From Tubulanus polymorphus (lineage: Eukaryota; Animalia; Nemertea): DNA of 64,000 bases. The stretch lies in NCBI RefSeq assembly GCF_964204645.1, contig NC_134028.1, positions 13,191,263-13,255,262 of the forward strand, written 5' to 3'. The position numbers were made by a program, and so were the translations under genes. Below the pieces are notes generated by a model. The model saw only the letters and a program-made list of their open reading frames with translations, was not told the DNA's origin and made no database searches. Positions within the stretch are counted from its first letter, which is position 1, and each line of letters begins with the position of its first letter. Positions 39,096 to 50,699 of this stretch are shown here, piece by piece.

Positions 39096-41620
39096 TATGG
39101 AAGACCTCAGACGACATTCGAGATATGAGATATAACATACGAGATATGAGATGCAACATGCGAGATACGACATATGACATACGACTTATTTACAGTACGG
39201 GTGTCCGTCAACTAGCGCCACCAAAGTGCATGTTTTTCAACATCTATGGCATGAAACGTGCACAGGCGGTGGCGTATATTATATAAACATTAACTATATC
39301 AACATGCGAAAAACGTTTCATTCGAAACGAAAAATATTTAAAACGAAATGATATTTTGATCATAAAAGTGTAAACTGAATTAGATTTAATTACGAATCAG
39401 ACAACACGCCGCGTCGGTAGGCTGCCCGGCGGGCATTAGTGGACAGTCGACTGAGTGTGACGCTGGGTTGTGCTCCGACGGCTCTGTCAACACCGGTGAT
39501 TTAGAAACCGTATCACATCATCTTTCGCAATTGTGCAATTGTGTGAGACCCCTAGTCTAGTACCTAGCCGTCGTTCCACAAACATGTTGAGGGAACACGT
39601 AACGACTGATATTCAGACTAGCGAGACCCCCAGTCCAACCACTATAAGCTCCCAACACCTGGCTCTTGTCGGGGGCCGGCTTCTCGCATCTGCGATCCTG
39701 GGCCACTCTAGAGTGAGACACAGATGATCCAGTGATTCGAGTTGGGCTCTGAATACGCCGTGGCTACAGCCCCTTAATCCATCAAAACCCCTCAAATTCC
39801 AAAATTCATTTTTGAGTGTACAAAATCTCTCAAATTCCAGAGTTAGCCATGGCCCCTTCAAATTGGTGGTGCTAAGAATTGCGCCTAGTCAAGGGTTTAA
39901 GCTTCGCGTTCGATCAAGGGTTTTCGATGAAGAATGAAAGATGTACCAGTATGTATAGTACGATAATCACACTCAAACGTGGTGAATGGATAACATAAAA
40001 ACCAACTATATGTACAAATTAAAACGACAAATCACTTGACAATGATATCTAGGGTGAGATCGAAAACGTCAAGTATTTTATATTTTTTGAATAAATAAAT
40101 TCTCGATTCTAAATTCTTTTAGGCTAATTTGTACACAGTAGGTTTTTATCTTATGTAGTGTATAAATTACGAATGCCGATGACCGAAGAGTTTTTAAAAA
40201 AATCCGACATACAGGGAATTTGTTTAGTGTACATGTACACTATGAATTTCAACGAATGAATTGAAACATGGATATGAATTAAAAGTACTAAGATTATATA
40301 AATATATTGAATGAATTATTCATTAGATATCAGAATGGAGTTCCACGGTAGCACTCCCAGATCCTGGCACTATCAGAGTCCAGCTGAATTTGTTTATCAC
40401 GACGTTTTTTGCGACGGGTGCAAACGCACCATACAAGCAAAGATTCGGAGGTTCGCTAATTCCCTGTCTAGAAAAATTTTAATTTATATTTCCATGGATC
40501 TTTTATCTTAACGAATGTAAGAGGTGTTGTGTTATGCTGAAGACTTATTTAAGTGGTTCCTGCAGTTTTGTCAATAAACAGTTTTAAAACTGACCATGAT
40601 AATTTATGAGAATGATCTTAAACTGGATTCTCCAATTATAATAAAAGTTATTCAGCCATTGGCCCTTTTCATGAAAGATGTCAGAAAAGAAAGATAGCCA
40701 AAAAGTTTCACTTTGCAATTCGCAATTGCGCCTACCCATAGTTTTAGAAAGACAGTGCTGCTTGTCCTGCGGTTAGATACAAAAACTGGCTAGTCTCAAC
40801 TCTCAACGGCTGGTCTAGTGGACCAGTCTGCCTGGGTAGCTCAATAGGGATGGAATTTAACTAGGGGATTTCAAACCTACAATAGAGAGAACACGCTTGA
40901 GTTCTATTAATATGGAATGACGACCAGACCGATGTACGGCCCATTCCCGGGTTGTTTGGGATTCAAGAACTCGGGGGTCTTTGATACAATTGTAAATTAC
41001 TAGAAGTGTCAAACAGCGGAGGAGGGGTACAAAACAAGTACATGTTCCGGCTGCGGAGTTTATTTTTAAACTTTGATTTCTGAGACGATGCAGAAAAGCC
41101 GGCCGTACCGGCAGAGGCGGGCGGCCTGCCGAACAGTTTTTCTGCAGGCAAATACTGGAATCCCGGACCCTGAACACCAGGCCGTTTTCAGACCAAGGAA
41201 GACAAGAACTAGCATAATACTATGAACTTTGATATCTTTTCAGTTTTGTGATTTGAAAAACTTGTCGTCGCCCGCGGAGAGGAACGCCGGCGTCACGCCA
41301 AGTCCAGGGTCTTCACAGTATGGCCTAATCGTTGTGTCCGGTCCAGGTGTCCATTATCCAAAAGAAATATATTTCTGGTTTGAATAAAATGTTGACTATG
41401 TTGGTTTTCGTATTATTGACAATGACTGTACGCGTCACCGTATTAAACGATTTATATGCAGTAAATATTGAAAAAACATACACTGCGGTAGCGCTAGTTG
41501 ATGGACACCCGTACTGTAAATAAGTCGTATCTCGTATGTCATATGTCGTATCTCGTATGTTGCATCTCATATCTCGTATGTTATATCTCATATCTCGAAT
41601 GTCGTCTGAAGTCTCCCATA
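39096..41620. mobile_element. Non-autonomous IS3EU-like DNA transposon
   Basis: ~150-bp TIRs starting TATGG and ending CCATA, containing 7-bp periodic repeats; exact 6-bp TSD GAATTG at 39090-39095 and 41621-41626. Confidence 0.8.
39961..40153 (+). mobile_element. Second copy of the hammerhead-like short element
   Basis: Shares CGATAA.CACACTCAAACGTG, TCTAGGGTGAGATCGAAA.CGTC, TGAATAAA and TTTTATCTT with 34966-35115. Confidence 0.6.
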
Positions 41621-42135
41621 GAATTGAGTATAGACACTCAAGACACGACGCTATGGTTTCTCAATATACGTACTACTACTACTAGTGGCTATAAACAGAC
41701 GTAGCCTATAGAGGGGTTGCACACACGTGGTTTTATCACGTGACTCATCTTGTACACCGCCATATTGCCGGTCAAACACGCGGTATCGATTCACTACGCT
41801 ATGCGTTATTTTCAATCGTAGATTTCAACAATTCTCTAGCTCCAATGGCTGGAATAATTTTATCTGATGAAACACAGAGATATGTGGACAAATGTCAAGT
41901 ATTAGGCCTCGGAGATCCGTATATCTTGCCGAGAGGCATGTTTTCGAAGGTCACCGACAAGGACGTTTCACTTCCCAGCGTAGAATTTTGAGACATTTAC
42001 TTATATCTGGTTAATAAATCCTCAGCGTACACTGCCAAGACTTTAAAAGGATATAAAAGCCCCGAAGCCTACAATAATTTTACATCAGGATGGGTTAGAG
42101 AGATTTAAGTGCACAAAAATACGGATCATAACGGA

Positions 42136-42315
42136 CAGTAGACTTCCCTCAAGCCTGATATTTTGGGACCGTGTTTTAAGTGTGCCCGACTTGTGGAGTG
42201 ATAGCCTATCCGAGTTGGATGTTATGTATTACATTGTGTCACAAAAAAAATCTCAAAAATATCGAGTTGAACGGTCGTGTGAGTTGATGGGTCCGGACTC
42301 GGGCAGAGTCTACTG
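42136..42315. mobile_element. pogo/Tigger-like MITE within the ISL2EU element
   Basis: CAGTAGACT ... AGTCTACTG|TA. Confidence 0.6.
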
Positions 42316-42832
42316 TATAGGCCCATAAAGCTACTTTACCCTGAAATAAATAAAGAATTCCACTTAACTACGTTAGTTGAGATCAAGTTCCATTTTAAAA
42401 GGGAGGGTAGGAGTTGATTTGGTGGCAGGGTTTATTTTAGAGGAGGGGAGTTAGCTACGTTGCTAGTGTTACCCAGTTGTGTTACCCAGTTATTGAATAG
42501 TTATGGTATGTATAGTGTTTATACGGTATACTGACTTCAGTCTGTTATAAGTGTGAATGATTCAGTGTACTTTATACTTGACTTACCCCTATAAACTGTA
42601 CCTATATAAATATCTGTTGACTGACCACAGAGAGTCCCAGCCACAGTACTTTAATAAATGTACGTGCTTTGTAATATTATACGTCTGGAGTCGTCGTTAG
42701 TTTTATGGGTTTTAGTTCGACCCTGGAGCTTGGATCCGAAAAAGAATTGGGTATTTCGGCCCTGGAGTTTCATCCGTAACACTAGACTGCAGAATGTTAA
42801 AAAAACAGCTGATTGCCTCAACTCTACTACTG

Positions 42833-42960
42833 GGCCCGGTTGCATAGTCGTGACTTAAGTCCAAAAGTGGTCTTAAATCTTAAGACTGATCTTAGTTGTT
42901 AGATTGGGTATAGAACTTTGGTCTTAGACTGGTATTAAGCCATGACTATGCAACCGGCCC
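42833..42960. mobile_element. 128-bp Harbinger-like MITE
   Basis: TIR GGCCCGGTTGCATAGTC / GACTATGCAACCGGCCC, with CTG TSD on both sides. Confidence 0.8.
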
Positions 42961-43719
42961 CTGGGTGATCAGGTTAAAAAAAAATCTTAAGAGTATTTAT
43001 AGGTCTACTCATTTTAATTATTTTTTCAGGTAGCTCACTTGTAACGGATTAACGAGACTCCGCTGAGAGCCTGGGTCGCTGTTAAAGATGATGGTTGTAT
43101 TGAATTTGCCCACTGTAATTGCATGGCTGGGCTGAATGAAGTTTGTTCTCATGTGGCCACAGTCTGTTTTGCATTGGAAGCAGCGGTCAAATTGAAAAAT
43201 TCAGTGACATGCACTTCGATGGCATGTTCATGGCTCGAACCCACCACTACGAATATGAACATTCAATATTCAGAAGCACTGAACATTGACTTTTCAAGGC
43301 CGGAACAAAAGGATATTACTGGAACATCGCGACACACGAACAACGATCAACCAACTACTAATACTGTGAAATCGTACCCTATGGTCACTCCAGCAGAAGC
43401 TGATAATTTCTACAAAATGTTTGGCACAGGTTCAAAATGATCAGTGTTATCAGTTTTACCAGGATTTTCGGATGCCTATGTACCAAAAGGAGCACAATTG
43501 AATCTCCAACAACCACTGTCAGAACTTTTCCAGAGTAGCCAGTTCACAGCATCACTTGACAGATTACAGGACTATTCAAAAGAGGTTCTAGATCAACTAG
43601 TCATCACAGATGAACAGGTATAGTAAAATGTTCATATAGGTTTATTTATGCTATAGATTTTTCAAATTGTCATAAGAAAGGTAGCTCTGGTTTTCGAGCA
43701 TATTGGCTAATATAACAAA

Positions 43720-45160
43720 CAGGGTGTCCCATTAATTACTATACATAAAGAACTGCCTGTATCCTTCACATTTCTTAATGAAATGTTTTGATTTTCCACC
43801 AAATGATAGAAGGTAAGGGTACTTTTGGATTATTACCGTGGTTGCTATGGTAATTTGCTTAGTGATTTCATAGCAACTGATTACATTGTTGTAGTGATTT
43901 TTGGTATTTCTGAATTAGAATAAAACACTACTAAACCATGTCTATGTCTCTGGAAGAAAAAACCTACATAGTATGCTGGTGGTATGAGAATAAATCTGTC
44001 TCAAAGTTGTTAAGAAGATTCAAAGTCAAGTTTAACACAAAAACAGCTCCGACCAGAAAAGCAGTGTATGACCTGATAAAGAAATTCGAAGAGAATGGCT
44101 CAGTTAAAGACCAAAGAAAGAAGAATGGGAAACCTAAACACTCCACCTCAGGCGAATCTATTGAGAAAGTAAGAGTTGCAGTGGACGATAACCCCTATAA
44201 ATCTGTTAGAAGAATTTCATCAGAAACAGGAATAAGCAGATCATCAATCCACAGAATTATGGTCAATGAACTGGTTCTCTATCCATACAAAATTCAAATC
44301 AGACAGCGAGTGAGAGATAAGGACAAGGTGTTAAGACGTCAGTTTGCGCGATGGATGTCACAAGAACTGCAGGCATCACCGGAATTGCTTCAGAAGATTT
44401 GGTTTAGTGATGAAGCCCATTTCTATCTCACTGGTCAAGTCAACAGTCAGAACTATAGATATTGGGGTTCTGAGAATCCCCATTTGATTGCTGAGAAGCC
44501 GCTTCACGTCACCAAGTGTACTGTCTGGTGTGCTCTTGGGTCATCAAACATTATTGGGCCATACTTTTTTGAGGAAGAAGGCAGCGTAGTCACTGTGAAT
44601 GGAGCCCGCTATCGTAAGATGTTGACACATTACTTCATTCCAAAACTTCGCAGACATCAAGGAGGGAGTCTCAATCAAGTGTGGTTCCAGCAAGATGGGG
44701 CGACATGTCACACGGCACGCAAAATGATTGATGTTCTACGCAAGCATTTTGGTGACAGAATCATATCGTTGAAGACTACAAACAGCTGGCCCCCATACTC
44801 ACCTGACCTAAATCCACTGGATTTTTACTTGTGGGGCTATCTGAAGGAAACCGTGTACCGAAACAAACCAGTAACTATCGATGATTTAAAGAGAAACATC
44901 CGCAAAGAGATCCGCGCTATCAACAGCGATGTACTGGGCAACGTACTGAGAAATTTCAATAATAGACTGAATCATGTGATAAAATCAAAAGGCTCTCACA
45001 TTGAGCATATTTTGTAAACTAATGGGATTTTAATAAACTGATTTAATATTACGAAAAGTATTATTGTAGTCCATCTTTCCTGAAGATTTGGCTGATTTAT
45101 CTCAAGCGGTTTGGAAATGACAGACATTTCTTTATGTATAGTAATTAATGGGACACCCTG
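43720..45160 (+). mobile_element. Full-length Tc1/mariner transposon, DD41D (rosa/Visitor) family
   Basis: Perfect 33-bp TIR CAGGGTGTCCCATTAATTACTATACATAAAGAA; TA on the right flank, AA on the left. Confidence 0.93.
43938..45017 (+). CDS. Intact 359-aa DD41D transposase
   Basis: N-terminal HTH region; FSDEAHF, QQDGATCH and WPPYSPDLNPLDFYLWG, with 41 residues between the 2nd and 3rd Asp; no stops; AATAAA downstream. Confidence 0.93.
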   Translation: MSMSLEEKTYIVCWWYENKSVSKLLRRFKVKFNTKTAPTRKAVYDLIKKFEENGSVKDQRKKNGKPKHSTSGESIEKVRVAVDDNPYKSVRRISSETGISRSSIHRIMVNELVLYPYKIQIRQRVRDKDKVLRRQFARWMSQELQASPELLQKIWFSDEAHFYLTGQVNSQNYRYWGSENPHLIAEKPLHVTKCTVWCALGSSNIIGPYFFEEEGSVVTVNGARYRKMLTHYFIPKLRRHQGGSLNQVWFQQDGATCHTARKMIDVLRKHFGDRIISLKTTNSWPPYSPDLNPLDFYLWGYLKETVYRNKPVTIDDLKRNIRKEIRAINSDVLGNVLRNFNNRLNHVIKSKGSHIEHIL

Positions 45161-45761
45161 TATCATATATTTACAGATCCAAAACGTTGAATTGCTGACC
45201 AGGAAACAGAGTGAAAGTCCAGTATGGTTTTCGCACAGAGCTGGAAGGATAACAGCTTCTATCCTGAAATTTGTGTCAAGAACATCAATTGATAAACCTT
45301 CCCTGTCATTGATAAAGCGGATCTGTTATCCAAAGGCGTACTCCTTCTCAACGAAAGCAACAAGGTAAAAAAATATGCAAACTAGGCCTACCAATTGCCG
45401 GTCATAAAATTCTCTCTAAAGATACCCATATTTTTCTAGTTCTAAATGAAATATATTTAATAAATATATAGTAAATTGAATATAATCATTCTCATTCCAA
45501 AACGCAATTAAAATTCTAGAGATACTGTTTAACTGTCTTGTTTTGTTGTTCTTGTAGATGGAATCCTGTACCATGGGTGCTACTTAGTTCCCCAGCCAGT
45601 TTACAATTACAACGAAAATAAAAGAATAGATTGGAGTGCAATTTCATATGATTAATATTTGAATATGAAAACTTTCATTTTACATTTTACTTCTGTTTAA
45701 CAAGTACAAGCATAAATTCTCTTCTGCAACATTAGTCGTTAATAATAAGGAAATTTTAAAT

Positions 45762-47629
45762 TTATTCTGCAGGTACAATCGGATTCGATACATTACATAA
45801 AGCACAAGCTATCCGTACTATCTTATCTAGTGTAGTATAGTGTCCTGAGTTTTGTAAAAACGAGATAGGTATTGTGCTCTCTAAAATTGTGAACCTTTGT
45901 CGGATCATTCCTATTACACGCTCTACGTGAATCCTTACATTAGCTATATTCCTGGTTCTCTCCACCTCCTCCGGATCAAGTTGAGTTTTACCTTTTGTAA
46001 ATCCTGGAATATCTAATGTTGCCCCATGAACTGCAAGGGACTCTTAATGTCAAAACCACGATCGGCCAAAACAATATCACCTCTCAACAGGTTATTTAAA
46101 TACCCACTGTGTTCAGTGACATATTTGTCAGAAGTACGAACTCCCCAGCCCCTTGATATGTAGGAGATGAATCCCTGAGGAATGATACTTATTAAGTATT
46201 TGATCGTGTTATGGTGCTTGTAACTGGAATAAGTTAGGGCTCTTGCCATAAGGTTCGTAGGTCTCTCTGTAAAAATTTCAAAGCAATCAATTATGCTGAT
46301 ACATTTCTGGTATCCAGCAGCCCTAAAGCACATAGGCATTGACTTGGTCTTTTTCAGGCCAGAAAAGCAACAACGGCACTAATCTGTCATTCAAAAGATT
46401 AATCACATCTAAAAATATTCGACAAATTGTTGTCTTGTGAACTCCATATACCTGAGATAGAAACACGTAGCTTAGATCGAATTTTAATCGAAGAAGGGTC
46501 ATGATGAATTGCTCATCTGTGGTCAGAGATTTTTCCTTCAAAAATGGTTTTATGACCGAGAACAAAACATTGAATATTTTGAAATTTGCAATTCCTGTAC
46601 ATGACATTAACCTCTGGTCACTTCCTTTGAAACTTTCCAAATCAAAACAATATCTACTGGCGTGTGCTTTAAGTTTAATGTTCTCGAATCTCAATCTCTT
46701 GACACTCTTTCATCATACGTGCAATTGATTCGATGGACATCTCTGTCTGAATACTTTGTCCTGGCACAGGTAGTTCATTAGTGGTGCCGCATGTTGATGG
46801 TCCAGCAGTTGCTGAAAATTCAAGAAGTGCCTTGGCTGACTCGATTTTTCTGCTGCTTTTATTCGCTTTTTTTTTGCAGACTGTCTCATTAGAAATTTTT
46901 CAAGTTGGGCACTTGTCTTTCTTTTCTGTGGACTTGGTGTGTGGGCAAATACAGATGGAACATAGTCAGGAGAAAGTGGATCATCACTTTTCGAACCTGC
47001 AAAAAAGCATTGAAGCATATTAAGTCATATTAATTTAAAATTTTACACGAAAATTGTCAACCAGCTTTCGTTCATCTCCAGTGATAATTGGTCGTAGGCT
47101 TAACCGTTAAAAAGGAAAGGATAAAATGAGCAATCTCATCTGCAATTTACAGACTGTCAAATGCAGATTTTTTTGTGTACAAGCTATCTACCCTACACTC
47201 TTAAAGTGGGACTATTCTTTCTATAAGGAGTTTTTAGATCCCCATAGTATATAAAATAAGTGCCTGACTGTTTTTAGAACCTCGGCCAGTGTCAGGGAGC
47301 ATTTCAAAGTTTTAGAGCACAACTATTTTCCCAGTTTCTCGTAGTCCATCAGGATACCCACACCCACAAAAATGCGAAATATTTATAATATTTTACATTT
47401 GAATGATTAGGGAATTTGAAATAGGCTTAATATATTTACCTGACGCAAAATGTACACTGCAAACTCTCGAGTATTGAGTTGAAGACCACTCCTTTTTCCC
47501 AGCATCGCCTCGTATTGCGGCAATCCATTTATCTCTCCTATTTTGATCAGCGGGGAATCGACAAAATGACGCTTTTTCTGCCCCATATCTTCTATTAGTG
47601 CACCCTAAGGCGCAACATGTCTCTGGCAT
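45762..47629 (-). pseudogene. ISL2EU transposase (THAP + HTH + DDE_Tnp_4), frameshifted
   Basis: Exon 1 is a THAP domain (MPETCCALGC..FP..W..VCSVHF, GT donor at 47439). Exon 2 has [35 protein letters not shown] and RIHVERVIG, split across several frames. Confidence 0.88.
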
Positions 47630-48299
47630 TGTAAAATCTTGATGGATGTATAGCGGAATGAATAGGTATTGTATGGATTTTTTAATGTTTTTGTTGTGCG
47701 TCAGTGACGCGTGCCGGGCAATTGTTTGAATTGACCGGCAATATGGCGGCATAAACAATGATGACGTTACGAGCAACCCGACTATTAACGATCGATCGCT
47801 CACACTATGAGGTCACGCAGATGCGCTATTCTCGCAATATAAATAATCGCAACATTTCAAACAAACAGTTAAGAATAAAGTCCTGAATTCCGTATTAAAA
47901 AAATCCCTCATCAGTTTGAGTCATGAAGTACCGGTACGCAGTAATATTAGTAATATATTGTTTTTATATCGTCACTCGCACGACTTACTATTTTGGAATT
48001 CATTTTGAATGATCCTTTAGACGTAGCCTACACGTACAAATGAGGTCACGTCACACAGGTGCACGGTTATCGCCGAAAGATCAATAATTGTAATAGAAGA
48101 AAATTATACACTTGTTAAACGTCAGTAATCTAACTGTAAAACGAAATAAATGTCCGGTCAGCGGCGCTTTTACGGCCACCGGTACCAACAAACTTTCGAA
48201 TAAACCCTACCCCCACCCCCACCCCCACATTTTCTCATCATTTTTAGGCTTTTCAGAAAAGTGACCTTGGACTTGAAAAATCCGGAATTCCGGATAAAT

Positions 48300-50100
48300 C
48301 TGGAAAACTTTTCACTGGAGAGACAAGAAATAAAATTATTAGTGGGTATATGCTTGTCATTCAAAATATCTATATTGAAGTCTCCCATGAGAATCACTCT
48401 ATCAGGGTTAGATAATTTATCTAAAATGGTAGAAAATTCCTCTAGGAAGTTGTTAATATTCAGACTTAGCGGTCTGTAGAACAAACCAACCAGGAAATTT
48501 CCTTTGGAACATGGGCTATCAATTTCATTCATGTAATACTCCATGGACACAGACTCAAAGACTAAATCAGATCTAATTTGAAAATTCAACTGCTTCTTCA
48601 CATAGAAATCTAAACCACCTCCTCTACTACTTTTTCTACTTTTAAAAAAGGACTTATAACCATCAAGGTAAAACATGCTTTCATTATCATATTCGCTACT
48701 GGTCCAAGTTTCTGTTCATCCGATGAGGTCGATTTTGTTCATGCTTCTTATATTTGCATGGAATAATTTAAGTCCCTTTCGGATAACAGTTGATGAATTA
48801 GTAATAGAATAGTTATTACAGTTGAACTGATTCATGAAACCAATTGAAAGTTTCCATATGTAAAGTAGCCTCCAAATGATAGCTGTATATACCAGTCACA
48901 TAGCATATCAAATAAATACATGTCTATAGTAGAAATTGAGATCAAATACATGATCATTATGGTAGCTCAATCTATCGATGCAAGTTGCTGCTAGCTACAA
49001 ATAAATGCAATATTAATAAATAATTTACAAGACTTTAAACGTAAATTAGATTTTTTGGAAAGGACGATTTAAAACGGTTTGTAGAGTTGAAGTTTCTCTT
49101 TCAGCTGATTTCCCGGTCTAACTGCATAAACATTACCATTTATAGTCCACACATTAGAAAAAAGTTCGCTCTTCATGGCGCGATTTACTCACTGCGAGAT
49201 TTTGGGGGCTAGGTCTTCTTTTATCGTTACTCCTGTGTCTTAAAAAAATGTTTTGTTGAAGTAGATATCATTTCGGATTTCACGGTTGCTGAATCTTATA
49301 ATGATACTATCAGATGTTGTAGATTTTTGCCTGCTCGGAACACGATGTGTTATATCGATATCAGTGCTTTCGATTCCTACGTCTATCTTTTTTTCTCTGA
49401 ATTTATTGTTGATCGTAGTCATGACGGTTTCCTTACAATTTTCGTTTTCTTTCTGCTCTACTCCAAATACTCTCCAGTTGTTTCTTCTAGAGTATTGTTC
49501 GTTTTCGATAGTTTTACGTTTGATATCTAGCGTTTCACGTCTTATTTGTTTTTCAAATTCGCTTTTCTAAACAATTTTATTTCCTCCTTTAATACGTTAT
49601 TTTCAAGTTAAAGATCGTAAAGTCTGGTTTCAGTTTGATGAATCATATTTTCAATTTTTCTATCATGGGCCGCAATTTTCTTATCTATTTTGTCAATCAT
49701 CTCGTTTTTAAATTCCTCCAAAGAATTAGTCGTGACCATTTGAGATTTAATGTTAGAGACGACTTGCAAAATCTTTTGCAGGCTAGCTTCATCAGAGATT
49801 TGAGCTTCGTCGTCGGTAGCTGTTGACGTCCGCGGCCGGATATTTTTAACTCTCAACTGTGTACTTTTATCTTTTTCTATCGGTTGCAGTTTTACTACTA
49901 TTATCACTTTTGTTTCCGTCCATGAGGTTATTAGTATTTCCTTTTTCACGGACAGTTGATAAATCCGGTGATTTTTCAGCAAACTGTTTAATCGTTGTTT
50001 GGCTCATATTCACAACTGACTTTAGATCAGAGCTTATTTCAGCTTATTTTAGTTGAATTCCAGATTTGTGTTCACTCTATTCATACACATGGTTCACTTC
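48300..50100 (-). mobile_element. 5' part of a CR1/L2-group LINE (ORF1 plus AP endonuclease), degenerate
   Basis: ORF1-like EQYSRRNN..FGV..DITHRV..IIRF..IKEDL; APE HANIRS, ETW, RGGG, YRP, MGDFNIDIL. Confidence 0.8.
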
Positions 50101-50699
50101 ACAGAAACTTATAGCAGTTTTCTATTCATATTAAAATATCCACACGAGTCATGAAGTACACCAGGCTATGATATACATGAGTTTACTTATGAGTTTACAA
50201 CTCTATCATCGAATTTCAGTCATCTGCATTGAAACAATCTGTATAGCATTTAGCCAAAACCTCATTTCGACACACTTATCTCGCGACTGGTACAGAATTG
50301 GTTCAGAACAGGTTTAGATGACAGCAAACTTTGCAGCTTTTAGCAGAGCTCTATGGATTGCAACTTGCTTTGTCGTCATGCTAGATTTTTCCAGTGGATA
50401 TTAATGTAACGATAAAAGTAAAAAGTTTGAGCAATTTTACTTTAGGACGTGTTTATGAATAAAAAATAGCCCATGGGCCAAGAGGTTTACCACAGCCTTC
50501 TGTGATATGAGATGCTTGATAAATTGATATTTGATGAAGTTCAAATTATATCAGATAACGACATAGGGATACAATTTGTAGGGAGGGTATGAGTAGAGTG
50601 CTGATTAGAGAAATGATCGGAAGGGCGAACCGAAGACACTACCGCTTTACCGACAATTCCGTCAGTAGGATGTAGTTCGATTCCATCGCACATTAGGGA

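Larger units (their letters stand above)
41845..45364 (+). pseudogene. ISL2EU accessory gene (SWIM zinc finger plus YqaJ/lambda-exonuclease N-terminus), spliced and disrupted
   Basis: Exon 1 RY..K...GDPY...DIYLYLV..SAYT...KGYKS.EAYNNF.SGWV; exon 43030-43617 AHCNCMAGLNEVCSHVA; exon 45177-45364 TRKQSESPVWFSHRAGRITAS. In-frame stops; catalytic exons not found. Confidence 0.8.
41710..47783. mobile_element. ISL2EU (PIF/Harbinger-related) transposon with two convergent intron-containing genes
   Basis: Ends AT|AGAGGGGTTGC ... GCAACCCGACT|AT (AT TSD); perfect 19-bp subterminal IR CCGCCATATTGCCGGTCAA (41757-41775 / 47731-47749); THAP-DDE and SWIM-YqaJ coding remnants inside. Confidence 0.85.

Noticed and set aside
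39115-39185. Short periodic repeats as a CRISPR array or coding repeat
   Set aside because: These are 7-bp units without spacers, part of the IS3EU-like TIR, and mirrored at 41525-41600.
40311-40511. HDVFCDGC as a ZZ zinc-finger exon
   Set aside because: The second Cys pair is missing and there is no clear splice context.
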